Shown here piece by piece: positions 12,623 through 26,530 of a DNA stretch of 64,000 bases (position 1 is the first letter of the stretch; each line of letters starts with the position of its first letter). The DNA is from Chrysomallon squamiferum. Taxonomy: Eukaryota > Animalia > Mollusca. The notes under the pieces were generated by a model. It searched no databases. It worked only from the letters and a program-made list of their open reading frames with translations, and had not been told where the DNA came from. A program made the translations under genes and the position numbers. The stretch is taken from contig CM022666.1 of NCBI GenBank assembly GCA_012295275.1, positions 1,612,001 to 1,676,000 of the forward strand. Direction: 5' to 3'.

Positions 12623-14562
12623 TACTACTACTACTGTTGCAGCTGATACTGCTTTTTCTACTTAATAGTAGAACTTCTATTATAACATTATTAGTACTGT
12701 TACTTCACTTACTGGTGCTACTGCTACTATCACTACTGTTCCTACTACTGCTACTACTACTGTTTAATTAATTAATTACCAAGTCGCATTGATCACAACG
12801 TGTTTGTGTTTATATATGTCAAGATTTCAATTGGAGTCATTTTCCAACTGCGATATCCGGAGGAATAAGGGCAGTTGACGTCCGTGATGACGTTTGTGAT
12901 GTCGTTTCTGGAATTCGGACTACTGTGCCAGTGCGTTCATCCAAATTGATTGTATTCAAAACCTAAAGAGATTTACCTTGTTTTAGTCTTCGATACTGAA
13001 GTCTCATCCAAAGAAAGAATCCACTAAATTTGTAGATACTTTACGTACGTGCATTTAATATTTAAAATAATAACCTTTAAGTTATTTTGGTATTTTTCAG
13101 ATGTAGCCAGATGGTGACAGGACTTTGTAATACTGTGACACCTGCCTTCCCGAGTGTTTATCTATGTGCAGAATATTCATTCCAAAATACTCAGACGTGT
13201 GAAACATCCATATAAATAAATCTGAAAATGTATCTGAATAAGGGAATTACTTTAAGTTTCTGAAACACTCTTTTCTTGCATTGAACTGTGTTACATTTGT
13301 TGTTATATTTATATTTTTAATAATTTATAAGACCACATTGATCCCATCTTCTTTTCAGCTATTCCCTCGAAATAAACACACACACACACACACACACACA
13401 CATTCATAAAAACACACAAACACACACAATATCGCTATACATATAGTAGATATATATATGGTGAGGTAAATTACCTCGTAAATATTAATGTAGACACACA
13501 CACACAAACACATATAAATATTTATGAGTTAATATACACTACCATAAAAATATATATTTTTCATACGAAATACCAGAGTTCCTTTACACCATTGTGCAGA
13601 TACATATTTTGTTTATTTTCAAATTTATTTATTTATTTATTTTATTCTGAACAACGCTACAGAACTGTGTTATTGTGAAATGTGTCGTCATCGTTGTATT
13701 GAAAACTGTTGTCGTCATCATTCTGATGAAAACCTTTCTTTGTCCGCCTTCCAGTTTACGAATGCAGATAATGTATTTATGTTTGTGCTTTTCTTACCTC
13801 AGGGTATGTTACACACCAAACATAACTCAATGCTAACTGTCAAGAATAACCCATTTGGTGGAAGCTTGTTTTCTCTCTCGTATCAAATTTTTATAAGAAA
13901 ACGTTCGAGTTTTACTTTATAATCATTAACGTTAAAATCATTGAAGGCTTTTGTACGCACACTAATAAAGAAGAAGACACACAAAATTATAATAATTTCC
14001 TAGACCATGTGTTAGTTTCAGCAGTATGCTTATATCTATCTTCCTCTTTTAAAAAATGTGTCTTTCTTAGTTACCGGGGTTCTTTTTGTCGAGCTTTATT
14101 TTTTTTTTTATTTTTTTTTTTTTTGGATCTTTTACACACATGGCAGCTGCTAAAAAATTATCACCATTGGTCACCATAATATTCATCTGAGATAAAACAT
14201 ATGTGCGTTCGTGTATTGGTATCTACGTGTGCGTGTATCTATGGATACGTTGTATATATGTAACTAGGTATGTATGTATGTATGTATGTATGTATGTATG
14301 TATGTATGTATGTATGTATGTATGTATGTATGTATGTATGTATGTATGTATGTATGTATGTATGTATGTATGTATGTATGTACGTATGTATATATGTATG
14401 CAGGTATGTATGTATGTACGTTTGTGTATATGTATATCTATGTATTGTTTGTGTATTTATTTTGTATATAACGTGCATGTTTATTTTAAATATTATTATT
14501 GTTATTAATTAAATTATTATTATGTATTATTATGTGCATGTGTGTCATTGATTATTTTTAAA

Positions 14563-14596
<34 letters not shown>

Positions 14597-14744
14597 TTGT
14601 TTTAAATGTTTTGGTTTTTTGATATTACTCACATACTACAGTATTGATATTACACACTACAAATACTAGTAGCAGCAGCAACAGCAACACCAAAAGTCGT
14701 AATAGTAGCAGTAGAAGTAATAATAATAATAACAGCGATAGCAG

Positions 14745-14832
<88 letters not shown>

Positions 14833-14871
14833 ACGAAAAAGGGGAAGACGAAATCTTTTTCCTTGTTTTCT

Positions 14872-15001
14872 TCCAACGTGACTCAGACAGGTGTCTCATT
14901 CATTCTTTCAAACGAATCAAACTCATGTTCTCCCGTCACGCTGTCGTGATGTCCGTGAAATGACTATAAATACAGACCACAGACACTGAGAGACTTCATT
15001 C
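14872..15001 (+). promoter_or_regulatory. Representative core promoter of the unit (copy E): ACGTG motif, TATAAATA 14965-14972, Inr-like TCATTC 14996-15001
   Basis: TATA lies 33 bp upstream of the Inr A. The TATA-to-leader stretch is nearly invariant across about 18 copies while sequence just upstream varies. No ATG occurs before 15106. Confidence 0.6.
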
Positions 15002-15105
15002 CTTGCAGAGCTCTTCCACTTGCTGTAACAAACATTTTGCTTTCACAACACTTTGCTTGTTCACGGAAATCTTTGCACTTGAATATATCAGCTCATACTG
15101 TAATA

Positions 15106-15294
15106 ATGTCTATCGTGTTTCCATCAGGAGTGACTCTTTGTCTGTACAACACACAAGACAACGACGACGTCTTCACTATGGACGTATACATGCGTCAAAG
15201 CGGCAGAAGATTGAATCTTTTGGAACACTCTGTCGCTGACAGGGAAATATTCCCAGTATCGCGGATTCAGGAGGAAGACTCACACAGAAAATGA
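15106..15294 (+). CDS. 62-aa family ORF, copy E (A8G, D28Y, P30R, G35R, Y37N)
   Basis: Intact 189 bp; ataATG context. Confidence 0.45.
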   Translation: MSIVFPSGVTLCLYNTQDNDDVFTMDVYMRQSGRRLNLLEHSVADREIFPVSRIQEEDSHRK

Positions 15295-15338
15295 AATTCT
15301 TCTTGTCAGCAGGCTCTGTGATCAAAAGACACGATGAA

Positions 15339-15537
15339 CAACCTTATCGGTTCAGCTACAGAATATTATCGGTTCAACTACAGAACATTATCTGTTCAAC
15401 CACAGAACATTATCGGATCAACTACAGAACATTATCGGATCAACTACAGAACATTATCTGTCCAACTACAGAACTTTATCTGTCCAACTACAGAACATTA
15501 TCTGTTCAACTACAGAACATTATCGGTTCAACCACAG
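15339..15537 (+). repeat. 22-bp VNTR, 9 units, copy E
   Basis: Counted directly. Confidence 0.9.
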
Positions 15538-15850
15538 ACGTAGAAAATGCATGATTTCACGTAAATTTAGTTTTACCAATTCGGACAAAATTCTGCAGCC
15601 AACGATTGAATAAGAAAAGTACATCAACTAATTTCGGACACTTCAGACATAGGACAAACCAAAATCCTCATTGAAGTTCTTCACCAGTTTGGTACCCGAA
15701 TTCCATCTTGCTCATGGACCAAACTAAAACAACACTGAGATCAAAACCATTTGTATATTAACACGGACACCGAAAGTTGAAAACTCACATTGAAAAACGT
15801 AAAAAAAAGAAATACTGTTGTAAATGTATTCTTTTAAAACAATTAGTATT

Positions 15851-16082
15851 AATAAATTAATATTAATCTCATACACTTGTTTGTTTTTATATATGCTTAT
15901 GCTTTAACTAAAATTATTTATCAACTTAAGAAAATTGTGTTTGGAATTCCCTTTCATTTTATCATTCTCTCTTTCTATCTTGTGTGTTGTACTGACAAAG
16001 AGTAACTGAAAACTCCAGTTTGATCGTTTATGTTGGAAAGCAGTACAATTTATAATTTAATAATTTTTATATACTTAATAAA
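15851..16082 (+). terminator. Two candidate polyadenylation signals of copy E (AATAAA 15851-15856 and 16077-16082)
   Basis: Both hexamers recur at equivalent positions in other units, and the first is followed by a GT/T-rich tract (cttgtttgttttt). AATAAA is common by chance in DNA this AT-rich. Confidence 0.35.
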
Positions 16083-16474
16083 TTATTTAATACAAATATT
16101 TAAAAAAAAAAAAATTATATACGACTGACATTTAAAATGTTATTATTCTGAACTGTTAAACTGCAGAAACTAATATACCTTTAGGACGCTGAGTCTGTTT
16201 CCAATTCCAACTAGTACTCCTCAAATAGTTTTTCGATATTACATATTTGTGTATGTATTTTCTTATCTCAGCTTCTTTTTGAAATATTTGTATTAAGCAG
16301 ATGAAAATACAAAGGTAAAGTTGTCTAAAAACAGACATCTTAAACGTGAATTATTACACATTTAATTATACGGCTATTAGTCTGAATTCTGCAGTTGGAA
16401 AATGACTAAAGTTCATCTCCAGGGATATAGAAACACAAAACACGGTGTCATTGACCAACTTTATTAAAATATTA

Positions 16475-16539
<65 letters not shown>

Positions 16540-16799
16540 TTTTTTTTTTTTTTGGTTTTTTTTTGATATTTTGATATTACACATACTACAGTATTGATAT
16601 TACACACTACAAATACTAGTAGCAGCAGTAACAGCAACACCAGCAGTCGTAGTAGTAGTAGTAGCAGTAATAATAATAACAACAGCAGCAGCAGCAGCAA
16701 CAACAACAACAACAACAATAAGAAGAAGAAGAAGAAGAAAAAGAAGAAGAAGAAGAAGAAGAACAAGAACAAGAACAAGACAAGAACGCAATCTTTTTT

Positions 16800-16900
16800 C
16801 TTCTTTTCTTGCAACAACAATAAACGAGTCTAACTAAGTCAAGAACATGTTCGTGTAATGACTATAAATACAGACCAAGACACTGAGAGAGAGAGAGAGA
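16800..16900 (+). promoter_or_regulatory. Orphan promoter fragment with TATA (16863-16870) running into (GA)n
   Basis: tataaatacagaccaagacactgagaga is followed by gagaga instead of cttcattcc. Confidence 0.55.
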
Positions 16901-17176
16901 TTTTGCTTTCTGAGAAGAGAGAAGAGAGAAGACGAAGAGAAAAGAAAAAAAAGAAATACGCAAACAGAAGAAGAAATAAAAAATAGATATATGGAAAGTG
17001 AGGAAGAAAGAAGAAAGAGAGAGGGATGGATGGGTGGAAGGAGGGAGAGAAGGAGAGAGAGACAGACAGAGAGAAATAAATAGAGAAAGAAAAAGAAAGA
17101 CTGAACATTTTAAAAGAGGTAGGGAAATGGACAAGAGAAAGAAAGAGAGAAAACGAAAACAGGGAGATAGAAAACC

Positions 17177-17258
<82 letters not shown>

Positions 17259-17843
17259 GACAGAAGTGGAGAGAAAGAAAGAGAGAGAACAAGAGAAAAA
17301 ATAAATACGCAAACAGAAGAAGAAATAAAAAAGAGATATATGGAAAGAGAGGAAGAACGAAGAAAGAGAGAGGGATGGATGGATGGAGGGAGGGAGAGAA
17401 GGAGAGAAAGACAGACAGAGAGTCTGTTTGTATGCTTATATCTATCTTCCTCTTTTAAAAAATGTGACTTTCTTAGTTACCGGGGTTCTTTTTCTCGAGC
17501 TTTATTTTTATTTTTTTTTTTTTTTTTTTTTTTTTTTCGATCCTTTTCACACATGGCAGCTGCTAAAAAATTATCACCATTGGTCACCATAATATTCATC
17601 TGAGATAAAACATATGTGTGTTCGTGTATTGGTATCTACGTGTGCGTGTATCTATGGATACGTTGTATATATGTAACTAGGTATGTATGTAACTATGTAT
17701 GTATGTATGTATGTATGTATGTATGTATGTATGTATGTATGTATGTATGTATGTATGCATGTATGTATGTATGTATGCAGTTTACATATGAATGTGTGCA
17801 TGTGTGTGCATGTGTATCATTGACCAACGTGTTTTTTTTTAAA

Positions 17844-17928
<85 letters not shown>

Positions 17929-18118
17929 TTGTTTTAAATGTTTTGGTTTTTTGATATTACTCACATGCTACAGTATTGATATTACAGACTACAAATACTA
18001 GTAGCAGCTGGAACAGCAACACCAAAAGTCGTAATAGTAGTAATAGCAGTAATGATAATAATAACAGCAATAGCAGCAGCAACAACAACAACAACAACAA
18101 TAATAATAATAATAATAA

Positions 18119-18149
<31 letters not shown>

Positions 18150-18434
18150 AAGAAGAAGAAGACGAAAAAGGGGAAGACGAAATCTTTTTTCTTGTTTTCT
18201 TGCAACGTGACTCAAACAGGTGTCTCATTCAGTCTTTCAAACGAATCAAACTCATGTTTTCCCGTCACGCTGTCCTGATGTCCGTAAAATGACTATAAAT
18301 ACAGACCACAGACACTGAGAGACTTCATTCCTTGCAGAGCTCTTCCACTTGCTGTAACAAACATTTTGCTTTCACGACACTTTCCTTGTTTACGGAAATC
18401 TTTGCACTTGAAGATATCAGCTGATACTTTAATA

Positions 18435-18623
18435 ATGTCTATAGTGCTTCCATCAGGAGTGACTCTTTGTCAGTACAACACACAAGACAACGACGACGTC
18501 TTCACTATGGACGTATACATGCGTCAAAGCGGCAGAAGATTGAATCTTTTGGAATACTCTGTCGCTGACAGGGAAATATTCCCAGTATCGCGGATTCAGG
18601 AGGAAGACTCACACAGAAAATGA
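18435..18623 (+). CDS. 62-aa family ORF, copy F
   Basis: Intact 189 bp; close relative of copy E with added F5L, L13Q and H41Y. Confidence 0.45.
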   Translation: MSIVLPSGVTLCQYNTQDNDDVFTMDVYMRQSGRRLNLLEYSVADREIFPVSRIQEEDSHRK

Positions 18624-18667
18624 AATTCTTCTTGTCAGCAGGCTCTCTGATCAAAAGACACGATGAA

Positions 18668-18932
18668 CAACCTTATCGGTTCAGCTACAGAATATTATCG
18701 GTTCAACTACAGAACATTATCTGTTCAACCACAGAACATTATCGGATCAACTACAGTACATTATCGGATCAATTACAGAACATTATCTGTTCAACCACAG
18801 AACATTATCGGATCAACTACAGTACATTATCGGATCAATTACAGAACATTATCTGTCCAACTACAGAACTTTATCTGTTCAACTACAGAACATTATCTGT
18901 TCAACTACAGAACATTATCGGTTCAACCACAG
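18668..18932 (+). repeat. 22-bp VNTR, 12 units, copy F
   Basis: The copy E array plus a duplicated 3-unit (66-bp) block. Confidence 0.9.
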
Positions 18933-19975
18933 ATGTAGAAAATGCATGATTTGACGTAAATTTAGTTTTACCACATCGGACAAAATTCTGCAGCCAACGA
19001 TTGAATAAGAAAAGTACATCAACTAATTTCGGACACTTCAGACATAGGACAAACCAAAATCCTCATTGAAGTTCTTAACCAGTTTGGTACCCGAATTCCA
19101 TCTTGCTCATGGACCAAAGAAAACAACACTGAGATCAAAACCATTTGTATATTAACACGGACACGGAACGTTGAAAACTGACATTGAAAAACGTAAAAAA
19201 TGAAATACTGTTGTAAATGTATTGTTTTAATCCAACTAGTATTAATAAATTAATATTAATCTCATACACTTGTTTGTTTTTATATATGCTTATTCTTTAA
19301 CTAAAATTATTTATCAACTTAAGAAAATTGTGTTTGGAATTCCCTCTCATTTTATCATTCTCTCTTTCTATCTTGTGTGTTGTACTGACAAAGATTAACT
19401 GAAAACTCCAGTTTGATCGTTTATGTTGGAAAGCAGTACAATTTATAATTTAATAATTTTTATATACTTAATAAATTATTTAATACAAATATTTAAAAAA
19501 AAAATCAATTTATATACGACTGACATTTAAAATGTTATTATTCTGAACTGTTAAACTGCAGAACCTAATATACCTTTAGGACCCTGAGTCTGTTTCCAAT
19601 TCCAACTAGTTCTCCTCAAATAGTTTTTCGATATTACATATTTGTGTATGTATTTTCTTATCTCAGCTTCTTTTTGAAATATTTGTATTAAGCAGATGAA
19701 AATACAAAGGTAAAGTTGTCTAAAAACAGACATCTTAAACGTGAATTATTACACATTTAATTATACGGCTATTGGTCTGGATTCTGCAGTTGGAAAATGA
19801 CTAAAGTAGCAGTAATAATAATAACAACAGCAGCAGCAGCAGCAGTAGCAACAACAACAACAATAATAAGAAGAAGAAGAAGAAAAAGACGAAGAACAAG
19901 AAGAAGAAGTAGAACAAGACAACAATAAAGGGAAGACGAAATCTTTTTTCTTGTTTTCTCGCAACGTGACGCAGC

Positions 19976-20078
<103 letters not shown>

Positions 20079-20741
20079 GGAGAGAAAGAAAGAGAGAGAA
20101 CAAGAGAAAAAAGAAATACGCAAACAGAAGAAGAAATAAAAAAGAGATATATGGAAAGTGAGGAAGAAAGAAGGAAGAGAGAGGGATGGATGGATGGAGG
20201 GAGGGCGAGAAGGAGAGAGACAGACAGAGAGAAATAAATAGAGAAAGAAAAAGAAAGACTGAACATTTTAAAAGAGGTAGGGAAATGGACAAGAGAAAGA
20301 AAGAGAGAGAACAAGAGAAAAAATAAATACACAAACAGAAGAAGAAATAAGAAAGAGATATATGGAAAGAGAGGAAGAAAGAGAGAGGGATGGATGGATG
20401 GAGGGAGGGAGAGAAGGAGAGAAAGACAGACAGAGAGTCTGTTTGTATGCTTATATCTATCTTCCTCTTTTGAAAAATGTGACTTTCTTAGTTACCGGGG
20501 CTCTTTTCGTCGAGCTTTATTTTTTTTTTTTTTTTTTTTTTTTTTTTGTTCGATCCTTTTCACACATGGCAGCTGCTAAAAAATTATCACCATTGGTCAC
20601 CATAATAGTATGTATGTATGTATCTATCTATGCATGTATGTATGAATGTATGTATGCATGTATGTATGTATGTATGCAGTTTACATATGAATGTGTGCAT
20701 GTGTGTGCATGTGTATCATTGAGCAACGTGGGTTTTTTTAA

Positions 20742-20789
<48 letters not shown>

Positions 20790-21305
20790 CATTAATATTA
20801 TTATTAATAATTTGTTTTAAATGTTTTGGTTTTTCGATATTACTCACATGCTACAGTATTGATATTACAGACTACAAATACTAGTAGCAGCAGCAACAGC
20901 AACACCAAAAGTCGTAATAGTAGTAATAGCAGTAATGATAACAATAACAGCAATAGCAGCAACAACAACAACAACAACAGCAACAATAATAATAATAATA
21001 ATAATCAGAAGAAGAAGAAGAAGAAGAAGAAGACGAAAAAGGGGAAGACGAAATCTTTTTCCTTGTTTTCTTCCAACGTGACTCAGACAGGTGTCTCATT
21101 CATTCTTTCAAACGAATCAAACTGACATTTTCCAGTCACGCTGTCGTGATGTCCGTGAAATGACTATAAATACAGACCACAGACACTGAGAGACTTCATT
21201 CCTTGCAGAGCTCTTCCACTTGCTGTAACAAACATTTTGCTTTCACGACACTTTGCTTGTTCACGGAAATCTTTGCACTTTAATATATTAGCTGATACTG
21301 TAATT

Positions 21306-21815
<510 letters not shown>

Positions 21816-22854
21816 CACTTCTAGAAACTTCTCTCATTTTTATAAACACACACTCACAAATACACACACACAGACAGACACAAACACACACACACACACT
21901 CAGAAACACACACACACACAAATACAAACACACATACACATACAAACACACACACACATACACACACACAAACACACACACCACACCACAAAAGCATTTA
22001 TTTTCATCTTTACATTCAAAAATTAATCTGCGTATATTCAGACACACACATATATATATATTTCTCTTTTGTGAAAGTTTTATTTTCAATACTTACTGAA
22101 AATTTATTACATTCTTTTTCCAGGTATTTCACGAAGCAATCTCTAAAGTAACAAAAAAAAATAAATAAAATAAATAAATAAATAAACAGATTGGAAAAAA
22201 AAAATTCATAACTGTTATTTGTTAACTGTTTTTCAGATATTTGATAAAAAAATTTTTATCGTTATTCTGTTGCTAGCTTACAGAATCGAACGAATTTTTT
22301 TCTTTATTTTTTATTCCATGCAATATGTTCTTTCTTTCATGTTTCTGTAGTCTTTCTTATTTGCTTTCTCGTTGCCTTTCTTTTTTTATTTCGTTTTAAT
22401 TTCTTTCTTTCTGTATTTTCTTACTTTATTTTTTCTTCTTTCTTTCTTTTCTCTTTTATACTTCGTCCATTTTTTTTCCACTTCTGTTTATCATTTTATT
22501 CTTTGTCTTTTTTCTTTTGCTTTTCGTTTTACTTAATTTATTTTTCTGTTACTATAATTATTATTATTTATTATTACTTTTTTCCAGTTCTTTCTGTCCT
22601 TGTTACTTCGCACCTACGCAAAAATTAATAATCATCTTCGTTATTTTCGTACGTAAGTACGTCATCGAATTCCACAGTATTCTACATTTTCAGATCGTTG
22701 CTATTTAAATCTCACGTTTTCGTGCACCCAGCACTCGGAACGTTTTCTCGTTTAAATACATAGAAACAAGTTTAGCTGATATTTAAATATAAGAATATAT
22801 ATATATACACTGTCATCTGATATCTATATGTATATTTATCTATCTATCTATATC

Positions 22855-22905
<51 letters not shown>

Positions 22906-23358
22906 CAGGCCATATGCTTAGGATGTTTCATATTTTAAATGCATAGAAATAGAACTAGAAGAAATTTGTATATATAAAGATATAGATATTGTGTGCGTGT
23001 GTGTCACATAACATATTTCAGAAAAATGGTCTTTGTATGCGCAAATCAAAACCCGAGAATCGGCTAAAACGGGGATTATAACAAATTCATAAATTTTCAA
23101 CCATCAGTTAATTAACTGATATCAAATTAGGATTTTTGTGACTCAGTTTTTGGAACATAGTTCTTTTGAGCCTGTTGAAGAGATGGTGATTTGTTATGTT
23201 CTTCAATGAGTGTGGTGTAAAGATGTGTGTGTCGGCTTTTAAGTACATTTTGAGTATCTAATGCTATTAAGTACTGCAGATAATTAAATCACATTAAAGG
23301 ACAAATGTAGAAAAATACAAATTAAAAACAAATGAAAAGAAATAAGTATTTTCTTATA

Positions 23359-23444
<86 letters not shown>

Positions 23445-24067
23445 AGTGTGTGCGCGGGTGTCTGTGTTTGTTTGTTTTTACATATGGTTATGCTTTAACT
23501 AAAATTATTTATCAACTTAAGAAAATTGTGTTTGGAATTCCCTTTCATTTTATCATTCTCTCTTTCTATCTTGTGTGTTGTACTGACAAAGAGTAACTGA
23601 AAACTCCAGTTTGATCGTTTATGTTTGAAAGCAGTAAAATTTATAATTTAATAATTTTTATATACTTAATAAATTATTTAATACAAATATTTAAAAAAAA
23701 AAAATCTTTATATACGACTGACATTTAAAATGTTATTATTCTGAACTGTTAAACTGCAGAAACTAATATACCTTTAGGACGCTGAGTCTGTTTCCAATTC
23801 CAACTAGTACTCCTCAAATAGTTTTTCGATATTACATATTTGTGTATGTATTTTCTTATCTCAGCTTCTTTTTGAAATATTTGTATTAAGCAGATGAAAA
23901 TACAAAGGTAAAGTTGTCTAAAAACAGACATCTTAAACGTGAATTATTACACATTTAATTATACGGCTATTGGTCTGAATTCTGCAGTTGGAAAATGACT
24001 AAAGTTCATCTCCAGGGATAGAGAAACACAAAACACGGTGTCATTGACCAACTTTATTAAAATATTA

Positions 24068-24123
<56 letters not shown>

Positions 24124-24272
24124 TTTATTTTTTTTTTTTTTTTTAATGTTTTGGTTTTTTGATATTACTCACATACTACAGTATTGATATTACACACTAC
24201 AAATACTAGTAGCAGCAGTAACAGCAACACCAGCAGTCGTAGTAGTAGTAGTAGCAGTAATAATAATAACAA

Positions 24273-24304
<32 letters not shown>

Positions 24305-24427
24305 ACAACAATAATAAGAAGAAGAAGAAGAAGAAGAAAAAGAACAAGAACAAGAACAAGAAGTAGAACAAGACAAGAATAAAGGGAAGACGAAATCTTT
24401 TTTCTTGTTTTCTCAACGTAACGCAGC

Positions 24428-24515
<88 letters not shown>

Positions 24516-24748
24516 AAGAGAAAAAAGAAATACGCAAACAGAAGAAGAAATAAAAAATAGATATATGGAAAGTGAGGAAGAAAGAAGAAAGAGAGAGGGA
24601 TGGATGGGTGGAAGGAGGGAGAGAAGGAGAGAGAGACAGACAGAGAGAAATAAATAGAGAAAGAAAAAGAAAGACTGAACATTTTAAAAGGTAGGGAAAT
24701 GGACAAGACAAAGAAAGAGAGAAAACGAAAACAGGGAGATAGAAAACC

Positions 24749-24840
<92 letters not shown>

Positions 24841-25528
24841 AGAAGTGGAGAGAAAGAAAGAGAGAGAACAAGAGAAAAAATAAATACGCAAACAGAAGAA
24901 GAAATAAAAAAGAGATATATGGAAAGAGAGGAAGAACGAAGAAAGAGAGAGGGATGGATGGATGGAGGGAGGGAGAGAAGGAGAGAAAGACAGACAGAGA
25001 GTCTGTTTGTATGCTTATATCTATCTTCCTCTTTTAAAAAATGTGACTTTCTTAGTTACCGGGGTTCTTTTTGTCGAGCTTTATTTTTTATTTTTTTTTT
25101 TTTTTTTTCGATCCTTTTCACACATGGCAGCTGCTAAAAAATTATCACCATTGGTCACCATAATATTCATCTGAGATAAAACATATGTGCGTTCGTGTAT
25201 TGGTATCTACGTGTGCGTGTATCTATGGATACGTTGTATATATGTAACTAGGTATGTATGTAACTATGTATGTATGTATGTATGTATGTATGTATGTATG
25301 TATGTATGTATGTATGTATGTATGTATGTATGTATGTGTATGTATGTATGTATGTATGTATGTATGTATGCATGTATGTATGTATGTATCTATGTATGTG
25401 TCTATGCATGTATGTATGTATGTATGTATGTATGTATGTATGCATGTATGTATGTATGTATGCAGTTTACATATGAATGTGTGCATGTGTGTGCATGTGT
25501 ATCATTGACCAACGTGGGTTTTATTAAA

Positions 25529-25581
<53 letters not shown>

Positions 25582-25754
25582 TTGTTTTAAATGTTTTGGT
25601 TTTTTGATATTACTCACATACTACAGTATTGATATTACAGACTACAAATACTAGTAGCAGCTGGAACAGCAACACCAAAAGTCGTAATAGTAGTAATAGC
25701 AGTAATGATAATAATAACAGCAATAGCAGCAGCAACAACAACAACAACAGGAAC

Positions 25755-25820
<66 letters not shown>

Positions 25821-26102
25821 AAGACGAAAAAGGAAAAAGGGGAAGACGAAATCTTTTTTCTTGTTTTCTTGCAACGTGACTCAGACAGGTGTCTGGTTCA
25901 GTCTTTCAAACGAATCAAACTCATGTTCTCCCGTCACGCTGTCCATGTGTCAGTAAAATGTCTATAAATACAGACCACAGACACTGAGAGACTTCATTCC
26001 TTGCAGAGCTCTTCCAGTTGCTGTAACAAACATTTTGCTTTCACGACAGTTTGCTTGTTCATGAAAACCTTTCCACTTGAACATAAAGCTCATACTGTAA
26101 TA

Positions 26103-26204
26103 ATGTCTATCGTGTTTCCATCAGCAGTGACTCTTTGTCTGTACAACCCAAAGACAACTAATTTATGGACGTGGAACATGCCTCAAAACAAAAAAGATCT
26201 TTAA
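26103..26204 (+). pseudogene. Degenerate copy H with deletions and frameshift after about codon 16
   Basis: Promoter and MSIVFPSAVTLCLYN are intact, then indels and a join to the same downstream block as copy G. Could partly be consensus error. Confidence 0.6.
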
Positions 26205-26398
26205 AAAAAAAAATGACGGAAAAGGAGAGACAAACTGAATCTAATTTCAGAATTTATCTTTTAAAAAAATTATTTTATTTATATTACATTTATCCTCTAC
26301 TTATATTTGTACGAAAGATCTTCACTTTCTCTAACACTTCTAGAAACTTCTCTCATTTTTTATAAACACACACTCACAAATACACACACATACAGACA

Positions 26399-26431
<33 letters not shown>

Positions 26432-26499
26432 CACACACACACACACTCAGAAACACACACACACACAAATACAAACACACATACACATACAAACACACA

Positions 26500-26530
<31 letters not shown>

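Noticed and set aside
15003-15239. Alternative frame QSSSTCC...QRRRLHYGRGHASKRQRI with cyclin-box- and NLS-like words
   Set aside because: It starts at TTG with no ATG and is broken by TGA in copies A and R and by other stops in the leader. Several substitutions are synonymous in this frame, but not clearly above chance.
15339-15537. 22-bp array as a CRISPR array
   Set aside because: Units are contiguous with no unique spacers, there are no cas genes, and the context is eukaryotic.
16304-16326. aaatacaaaggtaaagttgtc resembling mature miR-8
   Set aside because: The seed does not match and no convincing precursor hairpin is visible.
19110-19121. miR-133 (GGACCAAA) and miR-9 (ACCAAAGA) seed matches in the 3' region
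   Set aside because: Lost in several copies (B, D, J, L). An 8-mer shared by recent duplicates is not evidence of selection.
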